Source of the DNA: Shigella phage JK32
Strand: one strand, 5' to 3'
Length of the DNA stretch: 64,000 nucleotides
Sequence record: MK962753.1
Made by a program: the position numbers and the translations under genes. Position 1 is the first letter of the stretch; each line of letters starts with the position of its first letter. Under the pieces are notes generated by a model. It made no database searches, had not been told where the DNA came from, and saw only the letters and a list, made by a program, of their open reading frames with translations. This document shows, in pieces, positions 37,101-45,773 of this stretch.

Positions 37101-37391
37101 TAAAATAATTTTTTGATATTTTTCTATGATGTTCGTGTAATCCACATCAACCGCTATCACCGTTGCTTCGAATCCACCGTTTAGCCAATGGCTATGGTCA
37201 TGATCGTGAAAGAAACCAAGACCAGTACGAAGACCTTCTTTATATTCGGCGCGTACATTTAGATCATCATCGATAAACAGATAAAACCATGAATTTTTAC
37301 TAGGATTGATGATACAACCTTTCAGATTAGGGAGAATATCACGACTAAGAATAAACTTATCACCTACTTTGAACATAATATTAGTCCTCAC
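37098..37391 (-). CDS. HxHW-family paralogue 2
   Basis: 97 aa; FYLFIDDDL...HDHDHSHW...VIAVDV. Confidence 0.6.
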   Translation of the reverse strand: MRTNIMFKVGDKFILSRDILPNLKGCIINPSKNSWFYLFIDDDLNVRAEYKEGLRTGLGFFHDHDHSHWLNGGFEATVIAVDVDYTNIIEKYQKIIL

Positions 37392-37701
37392 TTATAAGGT
37401 CAAACCAATTGTTTTTCGCATAATGCTTAATGCGTGCTTGATCTGCTTCCGCTGGTGATAGATTCCATGCAACCACTACAACTTCTGACGCATCGTCATC
37501 CGTTTCTGATACCCAATGATTATGATTCATACAATTGTTTGCTATCGCGTGAGCAAATGATTTCATCACTGGAGACGTATAATCATAGTAACGGATTTTC
37601 AGATTTTCATCAACGTACAAATAGATCGTATAAGGTTTATATTCAGTAACCAGTAACAGACAGTTACGCAATTCTGGGAAAATATTTTTAGTTAATTTCA
37701 T
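37381..37701 (-). CDS. HxHW-family paralogue 3 (divergent)
   Basis: 106 aa; IYLYVDENL...NHNHW...VVVVAWNL. Confidence 0.55.
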   Translation of the reverse strand: MKLTKNIFPELRNCLLLVTEYKPYTIYLYVDENLKIRYYDYTSPVMKSFAHAIANNCMNHNHWVSETDDDASEVVVVAWNLSPAEADQARIKHYAKNNWFDLISED

Positions 37702-37903
37702 ATTCTAGTTCTCCGTAATACACGGTAATCCATTTTTCTTCATACTTTGTATCTTTCCAACACACAATCCCGTTTACTGTGCAATCTTTGGAATTGACGA
37801 ATGATTCATATTGTTCTGCATCTTCCATCATTGCATGAGCGGTCTTTTCATCGAATATATCGCAGATCGCTTTATATGCTCGATAATCTTTAAATTTGCT
37901 CAT
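37688..37903 (-). CDS. Small protein, tandem paralogue A (MSKFKDY...)
   Basis: Start placed at ATG 37903; homologous to next ORF (MSKFKDY.AY, MMEDA, GIV.WK.T.Y...WI.V). Confidence 0.5.
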   Translation of the reverse strand: MSKFKDYRAYKAICDIFDEKTAHAMMEDAEQYESFVNSKDCTVNGIVCWKDTKYEEKWITVYYGELEYEIN

Positions 37904-37905
37904 AA

Positions 37906-38115
37906 TTAAGACCACTCAAGAGTTTTTGAAAACACATCTATCCATTGTTGAGTATATGCGGTTTCTTTCCATGATACAATACCAGTCGAATAATGGTTTT
38001 TGTTTCCAGAAAAGGACGGGCATTTTGAGGCATCTTCCATCATCTTTTCGGCGAACTCTGGTTCGTATACTCGCAAGATCTGTTGATATGCTTTATAATC
38101 TTTAAATTTGCTCAT
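37906..38115 (-). CDS. Small protein, tandem paralogue B (MSKFKDY...)
   Basis: 69 aa; paralogue of 37688..37903. Confidence 0.5.
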   Translation of the reverse strand: MSKFKDYKAYQQILRVYEPEFAEKMMEDASKCPSFSGNKNHYSTGIVSWKETAYTQQWIDVFSKTLEWS

Positions 38116-38380
38116 AATTGTTAACTACCTTATCAGCTTCTTTTATTGTTTTTACATCAACTGCGATAATCCGTAAAGGTTCGTCGAAGGTCCACCAATG
38201 ATCGTGAATATCGGCTTGTGATTTATCACCAAAGGAATCACGAATATCATTTTTACATTTATAGCTAATGTGACCTTCATAGTCAACATAAAGGTAATTA
38301 TCGAAAATCGGCGTTTTTAAGATCATACCGAAAAATCTTTCTTTGTGTGTCTTATCCAGTGTTGCAGTAATTCTCATCAT
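38102..38380 (-). CDS. HxHW-family paralogue 4
   Basis: 92 aa; YLYVDYEG...IHDHWW...IIAVDV. Confidence 0.6.
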   Translation of the reverse strand: MMRITATLDKTHKERFFGMILKTPIFDNYLYVDYEGHISYKCKNDIRDSFGDKSQADIHDHWWTFDEPLRIIAVDVKTIKEADKVVNNYEQI

Positions 38381-38392
38381 AATATATTCCTC

Positions 38393-38572
38393 TTAGAAAG
38401 GGATGGTCATTTCTTGAGCTTGTACATTCTCGTTAGGATTAAACTTCATCCAACCGATATTGTCTACCAGCATATGCACATTTTTATCATATCCTACGTG
38501 AGTAGTCAATACTGTATGTGCTTTACCTTCAACGATGATTTCCATGTACTTCTGAACTTCGATAGCTTTCAT
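38393..38572 (-). CDS. Small hypothetical protein (59 aa)
   Basis: ATG preceded by GGAGAATCAAA leader of a promoter cassette; not in ORF track (below cutoff). Confidence 0.4.
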   Translation of the reverse strand: MKAIEVQKYMEIIVEGKAHTVLTTHVGYDKNVHMLVDNIGWMKFNPNENVQAQEMTIPF

Positions 38573-38599
38573 TTTGATTCTCCGTTTGTTGTCTTGATG

Positions 38600-38640
38600 G
38601 GAGTATCTTACTACTCCCTTTAATCATTGTCAACGATTAT
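38600..38640 (-). promoter_or_regulatory. Early promoter cassette, copy 7 (weaker -10)
   Basis: TTGACA-17 nt (palindrome GGGAGTA..TACTCCC)-TAAGAT. Confidence 0.45.
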
Positions 38641-38804
38641 TTGTTAATTTCCGGTGCGTTGCTTGGATAGTAACCTTCTTTAACACCCAGATATTTTGCA
38701 ACCATTCCGGTGATCTTCTGTGCTACTACGATATCGAATTTCAGGTAGTCTTCACCGTGGTTTGCTACAATGTATGCTTCGCATTCTGCTTTAGTCTGGA
38801 ACAT
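38637..38804 (-). CDS. Small hypothetical protein (55 aa)
   Basis: Start at ATG 38804 with RBS GGAGAA; the longer ORF-track form 38637..38840 would translate the promoter -10. Confidence 0.45.
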   Translation of the reverse strand: MFQTKAECEAYIVANHGEDYLKFDIVVAQKITGMVAKYLGVKEGYYPSNAPEINK

Positions 38805-38834
38805 TTTTGATTCTCCTATATCTCGTTGGTATGT

Positions 38835-38875
38835 GTGCATTATAGGGGATCGGTGACCCCCCTGTCAACAACTTT
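38835..38875 (-). promoter_or_regulatory. PeSL-like early promoter cassette, copy 8
   Basis: TTGACA-18 nt (GGGGGTCACCGATCCCC)-TATAAT. Confidence 0.6.
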
Positions 38876-39178
38876 TTATTCTTCGTCTTTATCTTTATAT
38901 GCGTATTTCATAAATTTGTCTGCCACTTCGTCCGCGTTTTCAGGTTCTACGTCTGACGCTAGGACAACAGCTAGTTCGGTTTTGTCGTTTCCATCATACC
39001 AATGATTATGAGTGTCGTTTTCTTCGATATAAAACGAATCATTTGGAGATGGGCGACAATATACGTCTAAATTCCCATCGATATAAAAGATCCAATCCGA
39101 ATACAAAATGATTGTTTTAGCCAGATTTTTATTGTCTCTTACAAAAGGTTCCGCGACAAATAGCTTAGTTTGTTCCAT
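38876..39178 (-). CDS. HxHW-family paralogue 5
   Basis: Start at ATG 39178 with RBS GAGGAG; IFYIDGNL...DTHNHW...AVVLASDV. Confidence 0.6.
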   Translation of the reverse strand: MEQTKLFVAEPFVRDNKNLAKTIILYSDWIFYIDGNLDVYCRPSPNDSFYIEENDTHNHWYDGNDKTELAVVLASDVEPENADEVADKFMKYAYKDKDEE

Positions 39179-39194
39179 AGTAATCTCCTCAAAA

Positions 39195-39386
39195 TTATAC
39201 AACTTCGTAAACTTCCCAATGTCCAACACCGGAACGCTTAACGAAAAGGTTTTCTTTGATGTTATTCATAAACGTCTGGATGGATTTAATGCGGTTGGAA
39301 GGTTTCCAGTCTTCGTTGGCATTGCGGCGATACATAATAACATTACCAGTTCTCTTATATTCAGCAACCATTTTAAGACCACACAT
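39195..39386 (-). CDS. Small hypothetical protein (63 aa)
   Basis: ATG with RBS GAGGA. Confidence 0.45.
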   Translation of the reverse strand: MCGLKMVAEYKRTGNVIMYRRNANEDWKPSNRIKSIQTFMNNIKENLFVKRSGVGHWEVYEVV

Positions 39387-39443
39387 AATATTATCCTCAA
39401 TTTATGGGAGAGTATTACCCCTCCCAATGATTGTTATATTACA

Positions 39444-39764
39444 TCACATAAAATGGCGTTTCAATGCTTCTTTTGCGGTTCCGCTAAGACTTTCGATCTC
39501 GCCTGGCATAACATCAACTGCCAGAACTTCTACAACATCCTCTGACCCCAACCAGTGAGTATGACCTTTGTAGAACTTGATAACCAGACTACCTTCCTCA
39601 TCCCATTTAACGCTATCGCTAGCCCACCACACATCACCGTCGATAAAGTTGATGTAAAGCACACTACGCCACATTGAATTAATTACTTTCAATACTGCGC
39701 CTTTCATATCTTCCACGGTGTGGTCTTCCATTTTGAAGACCTCGCCTACCTGAACTTTTGCCAT
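39444..39764 (-). CDS. HxHW-family paralogue 6
   Basis: 106 aa; LYINFIDGDV...KGHTHW...VLAVDV. Confidence 0.6.
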   Translation of the reverse strand: MAKVQVGEVFKMEDHTVEDMKGAVLKVINSMWRSVLYINFIDGDVWWASDSVKWDEEGSLVIKFYKGHTHWLGSEDVVEVLAVDVMPGEIESLSGTAKEALKRHFM

Positions 39765-39781
39765 TTAGTCACCTCTCTTTA

Positions 39782-39961
39782 TTACATAACAATCACGCCA
39801 GCCGTTGAAAGTTGATGTTTCAACTGAGCATTTTCTGCTACTGTCAAATCAATGATTTCTTGTGACGCTGCAATCATATAACCATTGGTGATATTGTTTT
39901 GCATCAGTTCAATGGTTTCTTCGTTGTAGCGGATTTTAGCGATGATTTCGTTGAAGTTCAT
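39782..39961 (-). CDS. Small hypothetical protein (59 aa)
   Basis: ATG directly after promoter-cassette leader GGAGAATCAAAC; below ORF-track cutoff. Confidence 0.4.
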   Translation of the reverse strand: MNFNEIIAKIRYNEETIELMQNNITNGYMIAASQEIIDLTVAENAQLKHQLSTAGVIVM

Positions 39962-39989
39962 GTTTGATTCTCCTAGTTCGTTTCGGTAT

Positions 39990-40030
39990 GTGTGTAGTAT
40001 AGGGGATCACCGATCCCCTGTCAACAACTT
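39990..40030 (-). promoter_or_regulatory. PeSL-like early promoter cassette, copy 9
   Basis: TTGACA-17 nt (GGGGATCGGTGATCCCC)-TATACT. Confidence 0.6.
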
Positions 40031-40037
40031 TTTTGAA

Positions 40038-40514
40038 TTATTTTTCTTGATGCTCGCGCTCGTACTTTTCGAAATAAAATTCTACTGGCTGGTCGTGGAT
40101 TGACAGTAAGCCAAAGCGTTTAGCCGCTCGCAACCCCATATTGCGCTGAATGTACTTCTGGAAGTTCTCGCGTATACACTTACGCCAGTATTCTAAGCCC
40201 ATACAGCTTTTATAAAGATTGCATTGCACACACGCCGGATTCATGTTATCAAGTATATCATGCTCCGGTTTATGCATTCCTACAACCTTATACTTCCACG
40301 ATCCATCATCATTACGGGCAATTCGTCCATTTTCATCATAGACTACTTTTGAGCGTCGTAATACTGGTTTGATGTGGTCTGCGTGCCAGCGATCCCCTAG
40401 TTCCTCGCCACAATAGGCACAACGTCCACCATATTTCATTTTCAGGATCTGGCGTTGCTCTTTCTTTGACAATTTTTTAGGTTTAGGGGCTTTCGCCCCT
40501 TCATTATCACACAT
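40038..40514 (-). CDS. HNH endonuclease
   Basis: CAYCGEEL....WHADHIKP......CVQCN is a classic HNH motif; sits directly upstream of DNA ligase, overlapping its stop. Confidence 0.7.
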   Translation of the reverse strand: MCDNEGAKAPKPKKLSKKEQRQILKMKYGGRCAYCGEELGDRWHADHIKPVLRRSKVVYDENGRIARNDDGSWKYKVVGMHKPEHDILDNMNPACVQCNLYKSCMGLEYWRKCIRENFQKYIQRNMGLRAAKRFGLLSIHDQPVEFYFEKYEREHQEK

Positions 40515-42009
40515 CGAATACCTCTTTTACTGTATTTGCAGTGGTCTTGTCGTAGCGAATACGTTTGATGATCGGGAGAAATAAAGAGAACTCCGGTTCA
40601 TCTTCTTTACGTGATTTGCTGCGGATATACCCGTTGCATGTCATCTCAATGACTTTTCCAATCAGGTTATGACGGTCAGCCCATAACATTTCTCGGTCAA
40701 GTTCATTTCGACGATCGAACGGAATTACACGTTCGATACCATCATCACCTTTTTCGGTTGTAGTGTCGGTTAATCCCGATCCGGTGTTAGTCATCATTCG
40801 TCCACACGCACTACGGACAGTAAAACCGCCTACCTTATTGGGGTCTTTACTATGCGGATATACATCAACAATTTCCGCGTCGAAGTCAATCACTTCTTTA
40901 AATTTAACCTGATCTTTACTACGGCGATCTTCAAATACACCATGCAGATTTTTAAGGATAATACCTTCTAAGCCCATGTTTACATAGCGATGATATACTT
41001 CGCGAGCTTCATCGATATTGTTAACTACAGTATTTTCGATTATCTGAACACGAGGATCGTTAAGTTCTTCAACAATCTGTTTTAGTTCTTCGAATCGATC
41101 TTTATATTGCTTCGTTGCTTTCTCGTTTCCGTAATACACATCACGGTCGATAACATCCCAGACAGTGTAAACAATACATTGGGCTTCTTCTTTTGGAATA
41201 GTTCCTTTCAGTGATTTGTTGAGGATACCATTTCCGGTCTGACGATCTGCAACAACGGATTCTTTCACTGCTTCCGCTACTGGCGTTAATGGCATTTCCT
41301 CTTCTTCAAATATCCATGACAGAGTACCATCATAAACGCTCTCAACGAAGTTCTGCGCTGGTGTTTGCGAAAGGGTAGGCATATATACCAATTCGCCATC
41401 TAGAACAATTCCACGGCCTCGTAGACGCTCTAAAACCGCAAACAAATCATCAAGCCCCTGATAGGTATTACCTGAACGGGTATAGATTGCTAATGTTTCC
41501 CCGTCAATATCAGCCATACCACGAGCGCCATCGCTTTTAAGTTGTGCATATGCAGGATATTTGATATTAGCAATGGCCTTATCAGAATATGACGATGCAA
41601 GGTGGCACGGCTGCTGGGGGATCAGTTTCTTCCATACCTTGTTTGCAGTGGTAGCGGAACAACCGCATTCCAGATCACGATTCAGGACCATCATTGCAAC
41701 TTTAGCATCATCTTCTGACAAGCAAGTCAGAGTATCGGTAACTAGCTGTAATGCTGCATTACCAGTTACTTGACGCGTGGCAAGTTTATTTTTAAAGACC
41801 TGTAATGCACCGGATAAAGACAATACAGACGAATAACGCGATGGTTTATCGTATTTCTTTACGCCAAACGTAACCTGTTTGCAATATGCCAGATAAAAGC
41901 ATTCTTTCAGCGTTTCATTGCTTGCAGATTCTTTCAGAATCTTTTCTTTCAGCGATGTTTTGTCTGTTGCTGCAAGCTGATTAATGATATTAAGAATTGA
42001 CATTTTCAC
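40507..42009 (-). CDS. 30: ATP-dependent DNA ligase gp30
   Basis: 500 aa; KxDG adenylation motif (AQLKSDGARG); T4 gene 30 position. Confidence 0.9.
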   Translation of the reverse strand: MKMSILNIINQLAATDKTSLKEKILKESASNETLKECFYLAYCKQVTFGVKKYDKPSRYSSVLSLSGALQVFKNKLATRQVTGNAALQLVTDTLTCLSEDDAKVAMMVLNRDLECGCSATTANKVWKKLIPQQPCHLASSYSDKAIANIKYPAYAQLKSDGARGMADIDGETLAIYTRSGNTYQGLDDLFAVLERLRGRGIVLDGELVYMPTLSQTPAQNFVESVYDGTLSWIFEEEEMPLTPVAEAVKESVVADRQTGNGILNKSLKGTIPKEEAQCIVYTVWDVIDRDVYYGNEKATKQYKDRFEELKQIVEELNDPRVQIIENTVVNNIDEAREVYHRYVNMGLEGIILKNLHGVFEDRRSKDQVKFKEVIDFDAEIVDVYPHSKDPNKVGGFTVRSACGRMMTNTGSGLTDTTTEKGDDGIERVIPFDRRNELDREMLWADRHNLIGKVIEMTCNGYIRSKSRKEDEPEFSLFLPIIKRIRYDKTTANTVKEVFDV

Positions 42010-42469
42010 CTCGTTTTGTTAAACGTTCACGAATATCATTGAGGATACTACAAAATTCCGATTCGGTCAATATGGTCTTTAACGGATCTGATCCACCTAT
42101 GCTATGACGTAATTTCTTATTTCCGGTAGCGAGTAATGCTTTACAAAATTCTGGGTTATTCCGTGCCATCGTAACAAATGCCAGATGTACCAGTCTGTAA
42201 TAATGCTCACTCATTCGATGAATCTGGCGACCCTGAAAATATAACATGTGATTCTCAACCTTTTCAGTCCTTCCGGTTCTTTTTGCTTTGCCACCGTGCA
42301 TCAAAAAGATTTCTCTTTGTCTCTGAGGGTTCTTAAATCTTAGACCCTGTAAAAATCCTTCTGTGCTGTTAATATCGCAACCAAATAGACGGAATGGTCT
42401 TTTATTGAAGTTGCTCAATTCACCCGATGGATAAGGTCCACCCGCATAGATATCAATTTCAGAAGTCAT
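41990..42469 (-). CDS. NADAR/YbiA-like (DUF1768) protein
   Basis: YAGGPYPSGELSNFNKRPF...SEHYYRLVHLAF resembles the NADAR domain signature (G..LSNF ... EH.YQ). Confidence 0.55.
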   Translation of the reverse strand: MTSEIDIYAGGPYPSGELSNFNKRPFRLFGCDINSTEGFLQGLRFKNPQRQREIFLMHGGKAKRTGRTEKVENHMLYFQGRQIHRMSEHYYRLVHLAFVTMARNNPEFCKALLATGNKKLRHSIGGSDPLKTILTESEFCSILNDIRERLTKRGENVNS

Positions 42470-42623
42470 TGAAACTAATCTCGCTAATCAGAGAGAACGG
42501 ATCATAATCGTCATTAGGAATATCGATAGTAATCGAGTGAGGATTTACCCATACACCAAACTGGTCTTCTTCGGTGAATACTTCGGTATGGATTTCGTGG
42601 ATGTTTACATTCATAGTTTTCAT
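42459..42623 (-). CDS. Small hypothetical protein (54 aa)
   Basis: ATG with RBS AAGGAA; overlaps start of NADAR-like gene. Confidence 0.35.
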   Translation of the reverse strand: MKTMNVNIHEIHTEVFTEEDQFGVWVNPHSITIDIPNDDYDPFSLISEISFNDF

Positions 42624-42704
42624 AATAAAATTCCTTAATAATCAATAACTTACAAAATCATATAGCCAAAATATAGGCGGGATTATTTCCCGCCGTTTAA
42701 ATCA

Positions 42705-43028
42705 TTAACCGTAAACTACCACAATATTCTGTTTGTGTGTTACAGTCCATTTCAGGTCGATCTCTTCTTCCTTCTTAACGCCGTTAATAACGTCTGGATG
42801 AGGAACTTTATTAAGTTTCCCATGAGGAAGCAATACAGTCTTGCCCAGCAATTCTTTATCTACAGTTTCACCAATATCAATAATCTTACCTACCAGCGGA
42901 ATCTCGCCCATAGTGCGCTTTTGCTCAATAATGATCCCCATAGAGCTTTTTACTTCGGTCCCTGCGCTTTCTGCTTTAGCTTCGATAATTACATAATCAC
43001 CAAGTGCTTTAGGAGTTTTAACGGTCAT
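42705..43028 (-). CDS. 31: Co-chaperonin gp31 (GroES-like)
   Basis: 107 aa; GroES/gp31-like pattern (YVIIE...GIII...VPHP) and T4 synteny. Confidence 0.8.
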   Translation of the reverse strand: MTVKTPKALGDYVIIEAKAESAGTEVKSSMGIIIEQKRTMGEIPLVGKIIDIGETVDKELLGKTVLLPHGKLNKVPHPDVINGVKKEEEIDLKWTVTHKQNIVVVYG

Positions 43029-43069
43029 AATTTTATTACCTCTTCAAATCAATACAGTTTAATGATGAA

Positions 43070-43390
43070 TTATTTATAAATTTCGACGATCTGCGCTGGA
43101 GTCAGCCCGTCTACATTAATCAGACTATCAAGCCCAAAACTACGGAAACCTTCAACTGCAATTTCATATACTGGCAAAGATGTTTCTGATTCTTTACGCG
43201 GTTTTTCAACATTCGGAACTAACCACTTTTCGTATGTTTCAAACGGCATCAGTGCCGGATCTCTCGTAGCGATCATCTCGCGGACAGTACCATCTTTCTT
43301 AGTAAACTGCAAAGAGTGAGTACCGACCGAAAACATTTTCTTTAGTGCTTCACGAAGTGCGATATTATCAATTTGTTCGGTCATTATCAA
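43070..43390 (-). CDS. Hypothetical protein (106 aa)
   Basis: ORF between cd and 31; start uncertain (overlaps cd end). Confidence 0.5.
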   Translation of the reverse strand: MIMTEQIDNIALREALKKMFSVGTHSLQFTKKDGTVREMIATRDPALMPFETYEKWLVPNVEKPRKESETSLPVYEIAVEGFRSFGLDSLINVDGLTPAQIVEIYK

Positions 43391-43883
43391 TACCCTTCAA
43401 ATCAGTCAATAATGCTTTTGGAATACGCGTGATCGTAATATCTGCATTATTAAGAATATCAGCCCAATCACGCCCACCATTTCGATCATATGTGTCGCAA
43501 TAGTATAGATGTTTAATTCCACTGTTTGCAATTGCTTTAGCGCAATCTGGACACGGTGAAGCAGTACACCACATACTAGCACCTTCAATCGATACACCGC
43601 TACGGGCAGCAAACAAAATAGCATTTAATTCAGCATGGATCTCGTTTTTCTGTGACCATGCACTATGTTCTGGTCGTTTTTCTGGGATCATTTTGCCGTC
43701 ATCATCCAGCCAACCGCTTTTATGTGCATGACAGCTACAATTTACTTGCCCTGCTGGAGTGCCGTTAAATCCAGTAGAAATGATTCGCCCGTCTTTTTCA
43801 ATTAGTGCGCCTACCTTCCACGAAACGCATTTAGAGTTCTTTGCGATTAGATAGGCGATCTGCATGTAAGTTTGTGACAACAT
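43368..43883 (-). CDS. cd: dCMP deaminase
   Basis: Zn-binding deaminase motifs HAELNAI and SPCPDCAKAI. Confidence 0.88.
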   Translation of the reverse strand: MLSQTYMQIAYLIAKNSKCVSWKVGALIEKDGRIISTGFNGTPAGQVNCSCHAHKSGWLDDDGKMIPEKRPEHSAWSQKNEIHAELNAILFAARSGVSIEGASMWCTASPCPDCAKAIANSGIKHLYYCDTYDRNGGRDWADILNNADITITRIPKALLTDLKGIDNDRTN

Positions 43884-43904
43884 AATATAATCCTCACATA
43901 TTAA

Positions 43905-44108
43905 TTAACCGTATACGCGAAAGTATTCTACTGATCCGTCGCTATACTGTTTTACATTGAATGTATTCACACCATGATCATTGCTCATAATGACATATAC
44001 ACTACGACGCTCATCACCAAACGGGTTAACTGGTGCGGGTTCAATTTCAACATTAAAACCACGTTTAGCAAGTGCTTCGCCTAATTGCTTGAGTTTATCG
44101 GTAAACAT
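43905..44108 (-). CDS. Hypothetical protein (67 aa)
   Basis: ORF upstream of cd. Confidence 0.5.
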   Translation of the reverse strand: MFTDKLKQLGEALAKRGFNVEIEPAPVNPFGDERRSVYVIMSNDHGVNTFNVKQYSDGSVEYFRVYG

Positions 44109-44986
44109 TAAAAGTCTCCGTAGTTAACCTGAAAACATTCTACACCAATTGATCGGTACATGTCAACCACTTGATCACGGTCATCTACTGCCAACACAAC
44201 ATGATAACGCGGTGCAATTTCAGAGAAGAAAATCTCTTTCTTCACTTCATGATCAGGACGACGATCATTAGTTTCACGTTGAAAGTGATCACTAGGTTCG
44301 ATACCTTGTTCACGCAACCATTGCAGCGTATCTTCCTCGCAAACATCCTCACGTCCTGAGCACGTAATGATACGATAGCCATTATCACGATACAGTTTAA
44401 GCATTTCGATCACTTGCGGACGCGGTTTATCTTCTTTGACCTTTGTCCAGTCAAACGGATGACGACCGCCCTTATCCGCTAATGTTCCATCAATATCAAA
44501 GATCACTGCCTTCGGCAGCATGGTATTCGGTTTGTATACTTCTTGACCCATATATTCCTGCATCAGATAAAATTGGTTACGCAAATGAGAAAGTGGAATT
44601 GCTTTCTCGCCGCGATAGAAATTACGTTTCTTTAGTGTCTCAAATGATTCATTGAACACCTGTTCAGTATACACCGCGTTAAATTCTTTTGCAAGTTCTT
44701 TGTAGAATACACGATGTTTTTCTTTCAGGTTAGTATCAGAGACAATGATACTCAATCCGCGTGATAGAGTCTCACGAGCAATCATTCTCTGAATAGACTC
44801 TACCAGCTTTTCTTTTTCCTTAGTATACTTGTATTTCAAAAGTGAGTCAACACCAAACAACATAAGACGAAGATCATCGCGATTCACATTACGATAATTA
44901 CTAAACCGTTTACATGTTTCCATAGCCCATGTAGTTTTACCAGACCCAGAACAACCAACGGTTAAAATCACTTCACATTTCGGCAT
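44108..44986 (-). CDS. pseT: Polynucleotide kinase / 3'-phosphatase
   Basis: Walker A TVGCSGSGKTTWA, phosphatase motif VIFDIDGTLA, C-terminal VECFQVNYGDF resemble T4 Pnk; start at ATG 44986 with RBS AAGGAGA. Confidence 0.9.
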   Translation of the reverse strand: MPKCEVILTVGCSGSGKTTWAMETCKRFSNYRNVNRDDLRLMLFGVDSLLKYKYTKEKEKLVESIQRMIARETLSRGLSIIVSDTNLKEKHRVFYKELAKEFNAVYTEQVFNESFETLKKRNFYRGEKAIPLSHLRNQFYLMQEYMGQEVYKPNTMLPKAVIFDIDGTLADKGGRHPFDWTKVKEDKPRPQVIEMLKLYRDNGYRIITCSGREDVCEEDTLQWLREQGIEPSDHFQRETNDRRPDHEVKKEIFFSEIAPRYHVVLAVDDRDQVVDMYRSIGVECFQVNYGDF

Positions 44987-45438
44987 TATTTCTCCTTCGG
45001 TTTGCACCGTTCCTCATTAAGTTCTTTGCGATAATAACACATGATCAACTTACTTTCAAGTGTATATCTCTTGATATCCGCAAGCCAGACTCTGAATTTT
45101 TGGGAGTCCTCCCACGACATAGAAACTCTAGGTTTACCGTCTATTGTATCCACTTTCAGGTCAATGTCAACTTTTTCTATTGGTGCTGGTAGTGGAGGAT
45201 GTAATTTCGGTTCCTGTGAATAATGGTCCATTGTACACGAAGAAAGAGCAAATACAATAGGTACAGCGAAGACATGGATTATGGCGGTCTGAAAATTCTT
45301 ATGTGCTTTCTTAAACATCCAGTGTATCACGAAAATTGAAAACACCATCAGGATAATAATGCTTGCACCTATCCCCAGATAATCAACCAGATTAAAATTG
45401 CTTATCTGCTCTTGCGTAGGCAATATTTCTATGCTCAT
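44986..45438 (-). CDS. Outer-membrane lipoprotein, o-spanin candidate (start uncertain)
   Basis: Internal signal peptide with lipobox (FALSSC) followed by Pro-rich region; an internal start around 45318 is possible. Confidence 0.45.
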   Translation of the reverse strand: MSIEILPTQEQISNFNLVDYLGIGASIIILMVFSIFVIHWMFKKAHKNFQTAIIHVFAVPIVFALSSCTMDHYSQEPKLHPPLPAPIEKVDIDLKVDTIDGKPRVSMSWEDSQKFRVWLADIKRYTLESKLIMCYYRKELNEERCKPKEK

Positions 45439-45756
45439 TTAGTAGCCTCCTTTAATTCTTCGGTAAACTCCTTAAATGAATCATTAAGCTGTTTCTCTAC
45501 CAACTTGGGTTTTTGTGCTACTACATAGCCTCGTGTAGCGTCTTTCATTGCTTTGTTTTGTTCTTCGGCAAACTTAGTTCTTATTCCGTACATCTCCTTT
45601 TGTAGCGAGTCTACAATCTTCATCTTCTCATCTGTCTTTTTCTTATACTCTGTAAATTCCTGATTCAGTCGATCTACCTCCTTTTTATTTTCCCACCACA
45701 TATTGCCACCTATCCCCAACAACACAGATATGATAACAATGTATATCAGCTTTGAC
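45435..45756 (-). CDS. Type II membrane protein with coiled coil, i-spanin candidate
   Basis: Start at ATG 45756; single N-terminal TM helix then K/E-rich helical domain; ATGA-coupled to next gene. Confidence 0.5.
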
Positions 45757-45773
45757 ATATTACCCCCAACGAC

